Shown: positions 23,586 to 36,929 of the stretch, in pieces
Position numbering within the stretch: position 1 is the stretch's first letter
Layout: each line of letters opens with the position of its first letter
The notes under the pieces: model-generated
The model's database searches: none
Told to the model about the DNA's origin: nothing
Seen by the model: only the letters and a program-made list of their open reading frames with translations
DNA from: Sarea resinae
Lineage: Eukaryota
Direction: 5' to 3'
Assembly: GCA_026026165.1 (NCBI GenBank)
Contig: JAPEUD010000001.1
Coordinates: forward strand, 744,001-808,000
Length of the DNA: 64,000 nt
Translations under genes and position numbers: made by a program

Positions 23586-26065
23586 ATGGCTAACAGCAAT
23601 CATCTGGGGCAAAGACTGTCTTTTGGCGGCGCTCTTTGCACGGTGCGCTATATTGGGACCGTCAAGGGCACGACGGGGGAATGGCTGGGTGTCGAATGGG
23701 ACGACGCCGGCAGAGGTAAACACGGCGGCGAGCATGGCGGGGTGAAATATTTCGAATGTACGATTGGCAGCCCACTCTATTGTGAACGAATGATCGATGG
23801 AAAGCATCAAGAAGCGCGCCTGCTAATGAACATTTTGATCAGCCAGGCAAAATCCAGCATTCCACAGCAGGGTCCTTTATACGTCCCTCGCGGCGAGCTG
23901 ATCAGCCTCTCAGCTTCCTCGAAGCTCTACACAGGAAATATGCGACTGATATCACCTCTTCAGGAGATGCCGATGGGGCTACAAGTGGGTCAGAAAATGC
24001 GGACAAGCCCATCGAGATAAGTGGGAAAATAGTCGAGGAAGTTGGCTTTGAGAAGATACGGAGACAGCTGGCCATGCTCAATGAATTGCGTATTGTGCTC
24101 CTGGACGGCATGTGCATGGCAGGACTATTCTCGGATACCCGAGACAGAGACCCAGAAGATCGGAGGAGAGCTATTGGGGCTATAGGAGAGACGTGCCCCA
24201 AGATTGTGGAGTTGGATCTGAGTAGGAATCTACTTGAGCGGTGGAGGGATGTTGAGGATATTTACGGGGCACTGCCGGCATTAAGGGCGCTGAGAATTAG
24301 GTAGGACCTCGTCTGGATTTTTTGGAAGCAATGGTCCTAATGCTTCTATCTGTCATAGTCGCAACAGGTTCCGGGATCTGGCACAGAGCACGGTTGGGAG
24401 TACTCAGGAGGGATCGACGAAAATCCTACGCCTTGAGAGGATCAGAGAGCTCAGCTGCGATGAGGTGTTGCTTGCTTGGGAAGAAGTACGCTGAGCGGTT
24501 TGATTTTCATGAATAGCATCAGGCTGCGATACTGATTGGACACTTTCCAGATCTGTACTCTCGTCGCCCAATTTCCCAAAATCACTACGCTCTCCGCATC
24601 CTTCAACAACCTGGCTCACATCCCAACCCCGCCTCCTCTCCTCTCGACTCTCACATCGCTCACCCTCGAAAACAACAAGTTCACCTCCCTCGAAGCGCTT
24701 TCAAACCTAGCCTCCTTGCCATCACTCAAATCACTGCTTCTCCGCGGCAACGCCATCAGCCAGATATCCCTCTTATCCAGCTCTAATCCACACAAGGCCG
24801 AAAACTTCCCCCGATTTTCACAGTCTCTATCCTTTGTTGACCTCTCCTACAACCAAATCACCTCTTGGGCCTTTATTGATGCCCTGCCCGATGTCTTCCC
24901 AGGCCTGCATGCTCTGAGGGTGACGCATAACCCGCTTTATCAAGCTCAGTCCCAACAGGCCATGTCACCTGAAAATGACAACAACCACGAGAGCAGCAAA
25001 GCTGTTCAGGTGGGTGTGGGCCTGGGTGTGGAGGAGAACTATATGTTCACGATCGCACGTCTCAGTGATCTGCATAACCTAAATTATAGCAAGGTACAGA
25101 CCAGCTTACATCTTCCCCTTCTGCCTTCTGCCCCTTTCTATCTATCTACTATCACAATGTGCGAATGGAATCCTAATAGAAGCGCTCCTAGATCACGCCC
25201 CAAGAGCGCACAAACGCAGAACTCTACTATCTAAGCCGAATCGCCAAATCGCTCGCCGCAGCACTCGAGGGCAGCGACGCAGAGGCCCAGATTTTAGCCC
25301 AACATCGGCGGTGGGACGAACTCTGTGAACGTAAGCCTGCTATAATTTTTCTTCCGCACCTCCAAAGCCTATATTTTGAAGTCATATTCTCATCACCGCC
25401 CAATCGATGGCAGGCGCCTGAGTCATTTTCTCCCCTGACGACGGAACTTGACTGACGCATACATGGGTGTGCCATGCACAGAATACGGGGCGCCTACAAT
25501 ACCACGCGCCACTGCCTCGACGGAAAAGTCCATAAACCCTAACTCCCTTGAAGCCCGTCTGATCACATTCACATTCTACCTCCTGCCCTCTTCCTCATCG
25601 TCGGCGTCGGCGTCGGTGTCCCGGAAAGCAGACCAGAGGAGACAACTACAGATCCCGCGCTCTTGGGACGTCTACCGGATCAAGGGTCTCGCCGCGCGCT
25701 TGTTCTCGCTGAGTCCGTTGGCCGTGCGGCTGGTGTGGGAAACGGGCGAGTGGGATCTGAGCGCGTCTGCTACTTTTGGAGCCGATGATGACGACGATGA
25801 TGACGATGACGACGATGATGATGCTGATGTGGATGCTGGCGTGGATGCTGGTGAAGCCATGGCTGAAGCGAAGAAAACAGACCCAGAAGACACCAACCAA
25901 GACGAAGAAGACGAAGAAGACGAAGAAGACGGAGAAAAAGGAGGAAAGCACCAACCCCACCATCCCAGCCTCCAGAAACGAGCCGTCCCCCTCGTCGACG
26001 GCACAAGAGAAATCGGGTTCTGGGTCGAGGGTACCGAGGCCGTCGTCCGAGTCGAAACGATTTAG
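23586..26065 (+). CDS. TBCE: Tubulin-specific chaperone E (CAP-Gly + LRR + C-terminal ubiquitin-like domain), multi-exon
   Basis: CAP-Gly TVRYIGTVKGTTGEWLGVEWDD..GKHGGEHGGVKYFEC; VEEVGFEKIR; LRRs LDLSRNLL, LTLENNKF, LLLRGNAI, VDLSYNQI; C-terminal LVWETGEWD..LVDGTREIGFW. Confidence 0.9.
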
Positions 26066-26069
26066 ATCT

Positions 26070-27340
26070 CGGGCTTGTAATCTTCTGTTACCTTACCTTA
26101 CCCTATCTTAGCTGCCCTTGGCTTGCTGTACCGTCCCTTGCTGTACCTTACCTGATCTGACCTGACCTGACCTTACCGTCCCTTCTCTTGCTGTTCCCAA
26201 GGTACCTTGCGGTGCCTACCTACCTTACCCACCTCCCCACCCACCCAGCTTACCTAGGTCCTTCTATACCCCCTAGCCCTACTTAGTAGCACCTCATTCT
26301 TGAGTACTTAGTCAAAAACCCAAATATCTAGATCTATGATAGGTAGTCCTACTTCTCTCTCCCTCTCTGTCTATCTCTCTCTCTATCTGTCTATCTAGCT
26401 TAGCCTAGCTCAGCCCAGCTTAACCTACGACCTACGTAAATCCCTTGGTTGGCTGGGCGGGCGGGTGAGTGGGTTAGTTGGTTGGTGAGGGTTACCTATG
26501 TTATGTTGTGTTATGTCAGATTGAGGATAGGGCTGTGTTATCCTATCCTATGCTAAGGTACGTTATCCTATCCTATGCCAAGGTACTATGTTATGCTACG
26601 CTATGCTGCTAGTCTGCGTTGATTTGAGCTACACTAGGTACGCTACATGCGAGGTAGGCTAGGCTGGGTTGCCTGTCCACGAAATAAGGTAGATTGGCCA
26701 CTAGGTAGGCACTTGGGTGTTATAATGTTGGAATGCTCAGGGGTTAAGGTGTTGAGCTGTTAAATGTTTAGGTGTTCGGGTTTTGCCTAGAGTGAATACA
26801 CACTTTTTCTTTCTCTCTGGCTGTCTGTTTGTCTGTGTGTCTGTGTGTCTGTGTGTCTGTGTGTCTGTCTGTTTGATGGACGGAAGATGGGTTAGGGATA
26901 TGGATATGTAGATATGGATAAAGAAGTGGAAGTGGAAGTGGATGTCGGGGTAAGATATAGATATGGATGTGGAATTTTGGGGATAGATGGATAGTACAAC
27001 CTAGATAGGTAGGTGGGTGGTAAGTAGGTGAGGGTTCCGAAGTGTATTAGTAGCTGGTTAATGATAAGGGCAGGGTGGTGCCAGGGGGGATATGGGGTGG
27101 GATATAGGGTGGCTTGTTGATATGGGTTGGCTAACAGATATGGCTGGCTGGCTGATGAGGGAGGGGGGGGGTTTATGAGAGATATAGGGGATATAGGGTA
27201 GATTGTTAATATGGGTTGGCTGGCCGATATGGCTGGTCGACGACGGGCGGTGTGGGATATGGCGTGGCTGGTTGACGACGGGCTATGAGGGGAATATATG
27301 TGGATGTATACAACAGGAATGCTAGGTTTCGGTTTTTCTT
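26070..27340. repeat. Low-complexity repeat mosaic (pentamer/tetramer SSRs and short duplications) between convergent genes
   Basis: (CCTTA)n, (CCTGA)n, (GTGTGTCT)n, (GGAAGT)n; 25-bp tandem duplication 26537-26586; 48-bp diverged direct repeat 27100-27147/27189-27236; no ORFs in the track. Confidence 0.85.
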
Positions 27341-27658
27341 TTTCGGTTTACTTTGGGTGGAGCTTCACTTGAGGTGGAGATAGATGGAGCTGTACGTTCT
27401 GCGGGCGTTGGATGCAAGGGAAGAGACGAGTTCAGACTTTGGTTGACCTGACGAGACGTCACACGGCTTGGCCGGGAATTCTTTTTGATTTTCTATTTGA
27501 TTTCCGTCGTCGGAAAGAGATGATCATGCCCATGAACCTGATGACAAGGGCCCCGAACGAACACCTGTTTGCTCGCTCGCCCGCTCACCGCCCACGTACA
27601 TGCTGGATGAGAAAGTAAAGGGTAAGACAGCTAGGTCTGGTGAACCCGTTAATTTCTT

Positions 27659-28621
27659 TCAGAAATAGCCGCGCTTCTTCACCTCCTCCGGGATCACCAT
27701 GTCGCTCATATCGAAGGGATCGTATGAAGGATCTGTACCGCTCTCGCCGTTCTCGTTAGATGATCGAACGCTCGTGAGAAGAAGGAATATGAAGCAAAAA
27801 GGGCTCACCATTCACGTAGATGACTCGGTACGGATCGATGTTGCGGTCGACGACCGTGGCTTCGGCGCGCGACATCTCTTCCTGGGCTTTGCGGTTCTTC
27901 CATTCGTAGCCTGGATCGCCCTCCTTGAGTTCGCCCGTGGTGGTGTTGGTGCCGTGCCCTGCCGTGGACGTCGCACTGGTCGTGGCCGTGGCCGTGTTCG
28001 AGGCTGCGGCGGGGCCACTGCTAGCTGCGGCCGTGGCTTGCTGCGCAGGGTTCGACGACGTGTAATCCATCATGTCTGCGTTGGCGGCGGACGAGGCAGC
28101 GGTGGCGCCGCCGACGGAAGCCTGGGCCGAATCGGGCGGTGAGAGTTCAGAGTGCGGGCCTCCTGTCTGCTGCTGGCGCGTGCGGCTGCTGACCGGAGTC
28201 ACGGGGTCGTGAGACGTCGGGAACATGACTTCTTCGTCGTCGACGTCGGGGGCCGAGTCCATGTCTGCGGGAACGCGCGCGCGACGCAAAGGTAAGCGCA
28301 TCTTCTTGCGAGTGGGGGCCGCGCCGCGCTCATAAGCAGCGGCTAACATAATCTCGAACTCAACGGAATTGAGACGGGGCATTCCCTCCGCATGAGGAGA
28401 GTTGTGGTGGGAGCGGTAGTCAATCTCGGAATCAGAGTGACTACGCTTCTTTCCCTTGCCGCGAAGGGGGAGCGATTGCGCATCTTTCTTGCCCGAAGGC
28501 ATGGTAGGAGATGGTGGCATCTTGAAGAGTGCCAAAATCGGTGGGAAGAGGATGGAGGTGAGAGGAACTGGAGTGGAAGAAGAGAAAGAGAGAGAGAGAA
28601 AGACATAGGCTTACCTGACAT
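27659..28621 (-). CDS. Hypothetical fungal protein with C-terminal PGYEWKNRKAQEE..YDPFD motif; N-terminus ambiguous
   Basis: ORF 27756-28535 plus a last intron (GTGAGC..CTAAC..CAG) giving DPSYDPFDMSDMVIPEEVKKRGYF*. Upstream micro-exon ATG TCA G|GTAAGC at 28621-28615. Confidence 0.7.
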
Positions 28622-29332
28622 TGGGCGTGTGAATTAATTGAGGCAGACAGCTGCGATGCGCTTAGTCGTCGTGGATGATGTCGTCGATTAGTCGTTGAGA
28701 TGGAGAGAGTTCTCGGCGTTGGTGGTGCGATGATGTCGTCGTGCCGTGGAGTTGTGTCGTTCAGTCGTGATATCGTGATATCGTAAGTCCTGCAGCTTCT
28801 GTCCGTCCGAGGGAATTTGAGGGTGAATATGAGGATGGACGATGTGGGGTTGGATTCACTGCTGAGGACACTGTTTTGGAGGGGGAGCTTGAGGTGGCAG
28901 CTTGGAGCTTGCTTGAGCTGCGAAGAAGAGTACGAAGTTACGTATTTCTCTAGTCATTCAGATCTGGAATCATAGCTACCAACAGGCCTGCGGATCGCAA
29001 CCAAAGCACCGTCTGTAGAGGCTTGGATTCTCCAGATGTCTTCTCTGGACGATCTTCACAGATGGTGAAGTCGGACGCATCAGAACGAGGGTCCATCATC
29101 GATGCTCATCGATGCTTACACCCTCCGCCCTGGATCCCCACACTAGAGCTGCAGCCTTACCCGGAGCGGACCGGAGATCACTGGGACTATCGAACCCAAA
29201 ACCCAAAACAACCCCCTCCATCACCTTCACTACTACCACTTTTCCCTCTCACGATACTCGGCAGACTCAGCCATAGCTCTTCAATACAATCACTCCAGAG
29301 CCTCGCAGATTTGCACCATCTTTCACTTCACA

Positions 29333-30414
29333 ATGAGCAAGAAGGTAGCCGTTCCGGATGCTTGGGATGATGACTGGGAGGCCCAAGCCGACGTGAGTGC
29401 TTCCGCTTGTTTACCCCCCTTGTGCCACCACATAGACACTAACAACCTCGTACAGCAACACGACAAGTTCCAGCAGGCCGAAGCCGAGACTGCCCACGAG
29501 AAAATCTCCAGAGCGGAACGTCTGGCCAAGCATGCCGAGGAAAACAAGAAGCTCTGGGACTCTGCGTATGTCGCCTCCTCTCTCCTTTCTTTTCCTCTCC
29601 AAAGTACTGCGCGCTTCCCACTACGCTTCTTCAAAGACTGATCACCCGCCCTTCCCGTACCATTTACAGAGAAACGCCACAAACGTTCCACTTCCTCGAA
29701 GCCCGGTCGGACTCGGTGCCGCTGAAAAGCGACTTCAAGCCGGCGGTCAAAGTGCTCAGCCGCAAACCGGCTCCGCGGACGATCGTCAAAACGGACCCCG
29801 TGGCCGGCGGCATCTCGCAAATAACGCTTGCGGACGACGACGACGAAGACGACGACGATGCCGCCAAGAGAAACACCCTCTCGCCGGAAGAACAACGTCT
29901 GAAGGCTCAGCGCGACCGCGAGGAGAAGCAGAGACGCTACGAGGAGGTGCGGCAGCGGCTTTTTGGCACGCCGGATCCGTCGGCTGCGCGGTCGGGGAGC
30001 TCGTCGCCTGTTGGGAGCGGGGCGCCTTCAAGGACGGGCTCGGGAGCGGAGGGGAAAGCGTCGTCGCGCGGAAGACGAAAGGGCAAGCTGGGAGGAAGAC
30101 CGGACGGACGGCCTATAACTCCGGCCGATGCGGTGGGCATGGCTGGCAAGGGCGGCGGTGGTGGCGGGAGCGGGGGTAGGAGTCGGGACATCTCGACCGA
30201 ACCCGGCGGACAACAGCAGACGAGACATCTCTACGATCCCGAGTACACGGCCAAACCAGACTCTGTCTACTTGCAGAGAAGGGATACACGACCCGAGCGA
30301 CCGGAGAGGTCAACTTCGGATCTAGAACAGCAGCCCATTCGGGCTCCCCGGGGCCCAGACGGAAGTGGCCGGGGCGGATTCGGGTTCGCGGCTCGAGGCG
30401 GAAGACCAGCTTGA
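29333..30414 (+). CDS. SUZ-domain protein (SZRD1-like, SUZ + SUZ-C), 3 exons
   Basis: VPDAWDDDWE N-terminus; KPAVKVLSRKP; REEKQRRYEEVRQRLFG; C-terminal PIRAPRGPDGSGRGGFGF. Two canonical introns restore the frame. Confidence 0.85.
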
Positions 30415-31020
30415 GCCGGAGAAAGCTTTACATGGGGCCTGGCCCTGGTCTTCCGCTCATACATGCAAGATGAGACACGCATCCCTCTCACTCACTCACT
30501 TGCAGTCCACGTCCCTCAAGGAGCAAGATTATACAACTTCCTTGCAAGGGTTGGAAATGGCACAACACCATACAAACACTTCAAGGACTCGGCAGGTACA
30601 GGTCGTGGCTCGGGTTCATACGCCGTGGGCTCAGGTCTGGTCAAGCGCGGACTCGTTCAATGGCCGCAATCGTCAAAGCGATAATCAGGCTTAGCCACCG
30701 CCTGATTTTCCTGCGGATACCTGGAACAGAAATTGCAAGATGAAGTAACGAACAGCACACTGCATGGCGCAGTAGAACATAACACAGCACAGCACAGCAC
30801 AGAGCAAGAAAAGCGAGAAGACTTCTTCAATCAGGAGAGATAACCTACTTCGTTCCCCCCTCTCTATCTCTATCTCAACATCTACGCGCAATCGCCACCA
30901 TCCTTTTACCCTCCTCTAATACCGCAACACCATCCTTCCTCACGTCCAACCACGTCGCAGAAAACTCCTGGGAGCAGCTTGCATACCCGACCCATTCATC
31001 GCCGTGCCCCGCCCTCAATC

Positions 31021-31500
31021 GGTCAGTCAGTCAATCAATCAATCAATCACTCAATCACTCAATCACTCAATCAATCAAACAGCGAGTCAGCAGATCACAC
31101 CACCCCATCCCCTCTCCGCCAGAACCCACGAACCGCTAGATAGTTGCCGCACGGCACATGGAGGACAAGAACTGCGGATTCAGGCGGAGAGGCGCATGGC
31201 GGGTTTTACCATATAGGAGCGCGCAGAGGTTTGCCCGAGGACGAGGGGGGTCAGGGAGGAAGGCAGGAAGGGAGGGACCAAGGGACGGTGGTGGTGAAAG
31301 CGGCGGTGAAAGTGAAAGTGAAAGTGAAAGTGAAAGTGGAATACTACTGGTGATAGCTAGCGATCGTCGAAGAAGAAGAAGAAGAAGAAGAAGAAGAAGA
31401 AGAGAAAGAAGAGTCAGGCACGTCGGCATCACGTCAGTGATGGTAGGAGTGGTGACGACGACGACGAAGACGACGACAACAACCACGACCATGACGGCGA
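31021..31500. repeat. Microsatellite cluster: (CAAT)n, (GTGAAA)5, (GAA)11, (GAC/ACA)n
   Basis: Directly visible: GTGAAA at 31306-31335 and GAA at 31369-31401. Confidence 0.85.
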
Positions 31501-32109
31501 GAAGGTATAACTCACACTGGTGCTGATACTGCCACTGTTGACGCTGCTGCCGCCGCTGTCGCTGTTGCAGATGACCGAGGCAGTCTCTTTCGACCCGAAA
31601 GAAGCCCTGATCAGCAGCCCTCATACCTACCTATTCATACCTACCTACCCACCACTTCGTTCATACCTACGAGTATATCCCCTAATCCAGGCAGGCAGGC
31701 AGGCAGGTAGACAAACCTCTCTGTGCCTTATATACATATACAGACAAAGCCATAGTTCATATATATAATAAGACTTTCGATCGAAACGTGTTGTTAGACT
31801 AATGGAAAAGGTGTATTTCCTTTTATTCTTTGTGGCATAGACGTCGGTATCGACACTAAGGGGGGTCTGGGCGGCGGGGGGGGGGAGGAGAGTGATATGT
31901 TTTATTTTCAGATGCTTCCTTCCATCTCTTCACGGGTCCTTCATTTCTTTTTTTACACGTCGAAGTTGCATCATTCTCGTTTTCTGACCCATTGCTCATT
32001 CATATGCAAACGCCATAGCCTCACCAAACCAAAGCAAACTCCAAGAACCCCCCTCCCCCGCCCCCAACAACCAAAATAACCCAAAGAGGAAAAACAAAAA
32101 TAACACAAC

Positions 32110-34183
32110 TCACCAGCCCCCTCCCACCTTGCCCGCCAGCTCCACAACGCGCGCCATATCCTTCTCACCCGCCGCCCCTCTGGAACTATTCGAGGACGGA
32201 TTCGAGGACTGAGATTGAGAGGCGGTTTTGCCGACATCGCTGTCCACGGTCCGGTAGCTGGTGTAGACGAGCTTTTGCGTGGGGATGGCCGTTACGCGGG
32301 AGATGTGCGCGAGGAGCGAGTGGATGCGGCTGGTGCGTGTTGATAGTGTTGTTGTCGTCGTCGGTGATGATGGTGGAGAGGAAGAGGAAGAGGGATCGGA
32401 GGGATTGGGTGGGGTGGGATGAGCAGAGGACGGCGACGGCGAAGGAGAGCGCGATGGAGAGGCGGACGAGGACGAGAAATACGCTTCGTCGACCGTGGCG
32501 AGCCATTCGCGCTGGGCGTGAGGCGTAGTCGTGGGTGCTGGCGGCGGCGTAGTCGACCCTCGCGTGCCCTCGAGCTGCACATGCCCAGTGTCATTCCCAT
32601 CTGTATCCAGATCCATAGCATCGGCCCCGTTACTACCATTGCCGCTGAGTTTCCGGCTCGGGGAAGATTGCGCCCTCAGAGAAGCAACGTCCTCGATCTT
32701 CAACTGCGCACCCCCGTTCGTGCAACCGCCCGGACAAGCCATGACTTCGATATAGGCGTAATCGAAAATCGAACTCGCTCCATTTGCCGCCGCCGCTGCA
32801 GATCCTGGTGGTTTGCGTGCTACCACCCCGACTTGCTTGCCGCCGGGCATCCTCGATGCCCTGGCAGGCTTAAGTCGGCGGACGAGGTTTTGGATGTTTC
32901 TGAATCCGTAGTATCGCGCTGTTTTGAGAAGGGTGTGGCCGTCTCGGGAGACGAGGACGTATTCGACGACGTCGGCGTTCCGGCCGCGCGAGACGATGAT
33001 TTGGCTGTCGGGGTGTTGGGCTTGGTATGTGAGGAGGATGTGGTAGAGGTAGCCTCCTGAAGGGCCACTTTCTGGAGAGCCGTTGGCTGTGGTGGCTTGG
33101 GGGAAGAGGAAATCGTCGATGATGGGGTCAGGGAAGGGAGGGCGAGCGGTAGCGAGCGGGGTCAAGGGGAGGGACGGGAGTGAGATGCCGCGGGAGTCTG
33201 CGAGCATAAGGATCTCGCGCGTGGTAATTACACAATCGACGTCTCGAATGGATTTGGAGGAAGACTCATGGGTGGAAGTGCGCCAGCTTTGGTCTGTGAG
33301 TTCCTCGCGGCTGGCCTCGAGTTTCTTGTCGAAGCAGGGCATTATTGCAAGATGCCAGATTCGATCTGGAGAAATGCCTAAGCGTTTGCTGAGGGTAGTT
33401 TTGAGCAAAGTCCCCAAAAGAGCTTGAGGGGATTTCAGATGTGACAGGTGAGGAAGGCTATGCGGGTGCGTCTTTTCAGCGTAGCATATCCAGCCTGGGC
33501 ACGCAGACGTGAGGATGGGTCTCTTTGGTGTTGTTCCTCGATGGGATCCAGACTGTGACAGAGATTCCGAGACTTCATCTGCTCCGAGGACAAGACAGGC
33601 CTCCCTCGCCACGTTGGTGTCGATGACCCAGGTGAAGCCACTTCCATGTTTGCCTCCTTGCCGGATACCTTGGGGGCCACTGAGGAGCTGCTCAATCATG
33701 CATCCCGCTTCTTTCTCCGTGATACCATAGACTGCTGCCAGACTCGCTCGCGTCTGTGGACTCACACTCGCGATGAATATCTTGCCGTCGTCCGGATGAA
33801 AGCCATGGCTGGCGACGCCTGAGACGAAACTCTCTGGCTTTATCGACGGATGAGAATCGAGAGTAGTGAGGACTTCCGCGTGTGACTGCAGCGAAACGAG
33901 AACAGCTTCGGCGGATGTGACACAGCCTGAGCAAGCCAGACAATCTGTGAGCGAGATTTGTGCGGGCGGGGGCTTTTCGGCGTCGACTTGGTCTTCTGTA
34001 GTGACTTCGTATGGATTCTGCGTGACAACATCAGAGACAGAGCGGATTAGATGTTTGGGGCAACTGGCAACGTACGTTGGGATCCTTTGGCTTCGGTGGG
34101 GGCAACGTCTCCACGGGCTTTATACAGGCAACTCCTGGGGAGATGAAGTCGTTGAGATCATCGGCTGATAGAATTGCGCTCAT
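32110..34183 (-). CDS. NAR1: Cytosolic Fe-S cluster assembly factor Nar1 (Fe-only hydrogenase-like), 2 exons
   Basis: [81 protein letters not shown]-terminal GGGW*. Confidence 0.95.
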
Positions 34184-34684
34184 GGCCGCGTCCGAGAGGG
34201 CAGGCGCGGAGAGGAAAGGCCCTCAGGTAGGTGATAGCAGACGATACAGATGAAGAGGACCAAAATGACCAAAGTGATGAATAAATTGAGCCTCACTCGA
34301 ACTCTTGCATTCCGTGATGGTGTTGAGCAAGAGCAGTGGCATCTAGTTGCCACCAGGCCTGCAGAGGATCAATAATCACCATTCGAGTGTTCCGAAATCG
34401 CAATTACGTCCCTATCGATTGGTGGTGGGATATGATTATGTCATCCCATTGATTTTCTTTCTTCATTCCCGTCTTCCTCACCGCCCACAGAGACGCCTTA
34501 CCTCTTTGGGGGCCAATTCGTTCCCTTCACGTTCCCTTCACCATCCATCACCATCCATCACAGCCCATCTCCGCTGTCCTTTTCTCCGCTACACATCTCG
34601 AAACCGTCTTACCTGACTCCACTACTCCACTCACACAATCAAGACATCCTATCTCCTGGACCACATCCCGCCATCTCAGCCATC

Positions 34685-34984
34685 ATGTCGCGCGAGCAGT
34701 ACCAGGTCCCCACGGGAAATCCTTTCGCGCAGCAGTCCTCCTTCTCCGGCGGCGCGGGCTCCCTCCAACAAGAAATCAGCAGCCCCATCGGCTACCTCTG
34801 CGGCGAGTGCAACTCCAAGGTCATACTGAAGCGGGGCGATCCGATCAGATGCAAGGAGTGCGGACATCGTGTGCTGTACAAGGAGAGGACCAAGAGGTCA
34901 GTCAGCCCCATACCTCCGCCTGCCTCTCTTTCGAAGCGCTATCTGACAAGCATGACTAGAATGGTGCAATTTGAGGCGAGATGA
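34685..34984 (+). CDS. RPB12: RNA polymerase I/II/III shared subunit RPABC4, 2 exons
   Basis: YLCGEC..IRCKECGHRVLYKERTKR|MVQFEAR*; intron 34897-34959. Confidence 0.96.
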   Translation: MSREQYQVPTGNPFAQQSSFSGGAGSLQQEISSPIGYLCGECNSKVILKRGDPIRCKECGHRVLYKERTKRSVSPIPPPASLSKRYLTSMTRMVQFEAR

Positions 34985-35251
34985 TGACACCAACGGAAGA
35001 CTTTGAGCTTGTCCCAAGGCCGAGGTCGACATAGGCATGGAAGGGGCTGTTGGATGGTGCATCAAAGGCGTTCAAGGCTGGGAAATCGTGTGGCGTGCTT
35101 TGCGAATCTTAAAAGCTTCAAACCACAGAGGGATCGACGAGTGGCATGGAGGAACGGAATACGATCAATATCACAGTGACCACACTCGACCTTCTTGCGT
35201 GGGCTTGAGTCTCATTGGATCCGTTGTCTTGATCTGAAATTTGTATTGTCT

Positions 35252-36605
35252 CTATTTGGTGTCTAGCTGATTGCTGGCTTCCACAAACCCAGTCCACGAC
35301 TTCCAAGCCTCGCCACTTTCTATCGCCCATCTTGCTCGTCGGACGCCCTCTTTCCATCGTCCGTTGCCCGGACCAGTCTCCGTGATGACTTTCCGGTCGT
35401 CATAATCGCCCATATCGCTCGTGTCGGCATCGCAGAGCCCGGAAACTACGAAAAGAGCCGCCGCATTGATGAGAACAAAGTGCAGGATTGGATCATCTCG
35501 TGCCATGTTATTTTGCAACATGTTGGTCAAGATTTCGGCATTCTCATGTGGAAGTAACCCCCCCGAAACTTCCGACAGGGGGTGTGCCGGTAATCCAAAG
35601 TCTGCTGGAGAGAGCACGAAATGCTCCACGTCTACAATCGACCGAGGAGGTGCGTCTTCATCACTTGTCGTGTAGTCTTCGTCATCTTCCTCCTTGGGCC
35701 CGCGGAAGTCCGGGTTCGGCCGTTCGACAAGCCGCCAGCAGAGGGTGCGTCCGGCGCAACTTATCTCATCGAGATCCTCTTCGCCGCATATTATCATGGC
35801 CTTCTTCGCGCCACTCATCTTCAGCGCTTCCGCGAAGACGGGACCAAGATCCTTGCGAGCAACTCCCACAACCCGCGCTTCTATGGCGCCCTCGACAGGG
35901 TTCGCGAGTGGGCCCAGGAGATTGAAGATTGTTCGCCAGCCCAGTTCTTTCCGTACCGTAGCCACGTACTTCATGCCGGGGTGGAAGACGGGTGCGAATA
36001 GAAAGGCGTAGTTTGTTTTTTCGTACAACTCTACAATGGTTTCGGGTTTAATGGCTGAAATGTTGGGAATCGGTGTCATGGCATGAAGAAGGTCTGCGGA
36101 CCCGGATTTCGAAGTAGAGGCACGATTGCCGTGCTTGCTGAGGAGGAGTAAGGACGAAGCTATGATGGAGGATGTTGTCGAGATATTGAAGGTCGAATGG
36201 GAATCTCCACCAGTGCCAACTATGTCGCACTGCACAGGGTCAGCACATGCACACATAAACGACTTCAATTTGCCTTACCAGACCACCCCTATAGCTTCCT
36301 TCTCTCCGTCCTCTTTTCCTGACCACCGCTCGTAGAGCTCTCTTGTCCACGGGAGCAGCAGCTTCCCTCATGGCGGCCGCGCATTTCGCAATTACATCGG
36401 GCCTGCGGTCCCATCCTGTAAAATGAAGAGCGGTGAGCAAGGCGCCCGTCTGCACCGGGGACAATTGGTCTGTGAAGATGTGGGAGATGGCGAGAGCAAT
36501 CTCATCCGCGCCGACATTGGCTTCTCCGGGCGAGGGCCAGAGTCGCTTCAGCAGCGGGGTGATTGATACGTGCTGAGGCTTGTCGTGGGGCACCGTCTCT
36601 GCCAT
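35252..36605 (-). CDS. TRP4: Anthranilate phosphoribosyltransferase, 2 exons
   Basis: GGL|CDIVGTGGDSHSTFNIST; KHGNRASTSKSGSADLL; FLFAPVFHPGMK; RTIFNLLGPLANP; LDEIS. Confidence 0.96.
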
Positions 36606-36929
36606 GGCGGCGCAATCGACCCAGGAACCGTGTCGAAGAGTTCAATTGCAGCGCTCCCGAGCTTTTTGAGGCCTTATATGGCTTGCCTGATCGCAGTCCT
36701 CACGCTCATCAGCCGGGCCCGTATCGGCGATATGACTTATCAAGCGGTTGAGCCGGGTAACCCACTGTCGGTTCTCGAACTTAGTACGCTAACCACATTG
36801 AACATTTCCGACATCCAAACGAAGAATATCAGAAACACCTCCATCGCCATCGCCATCTCCAAGCCAAGACGAGACGAGTTGAGCTGAGCTGAGCTGAACC
36901 GGACCCAAGGCATCTTCTTCGGGCTTCAG

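Noticed and set aside
34897..34959. Stop-free introns with length divisible by 3 (RPB12, TIM54, SUZ gene, MED16, COT1, SRPK-like kinase) as regulated intron retention
   Set aside because: With dozens of 50-70 nt introns, this many are expected by chance; retention would disrupt conserved motifs.
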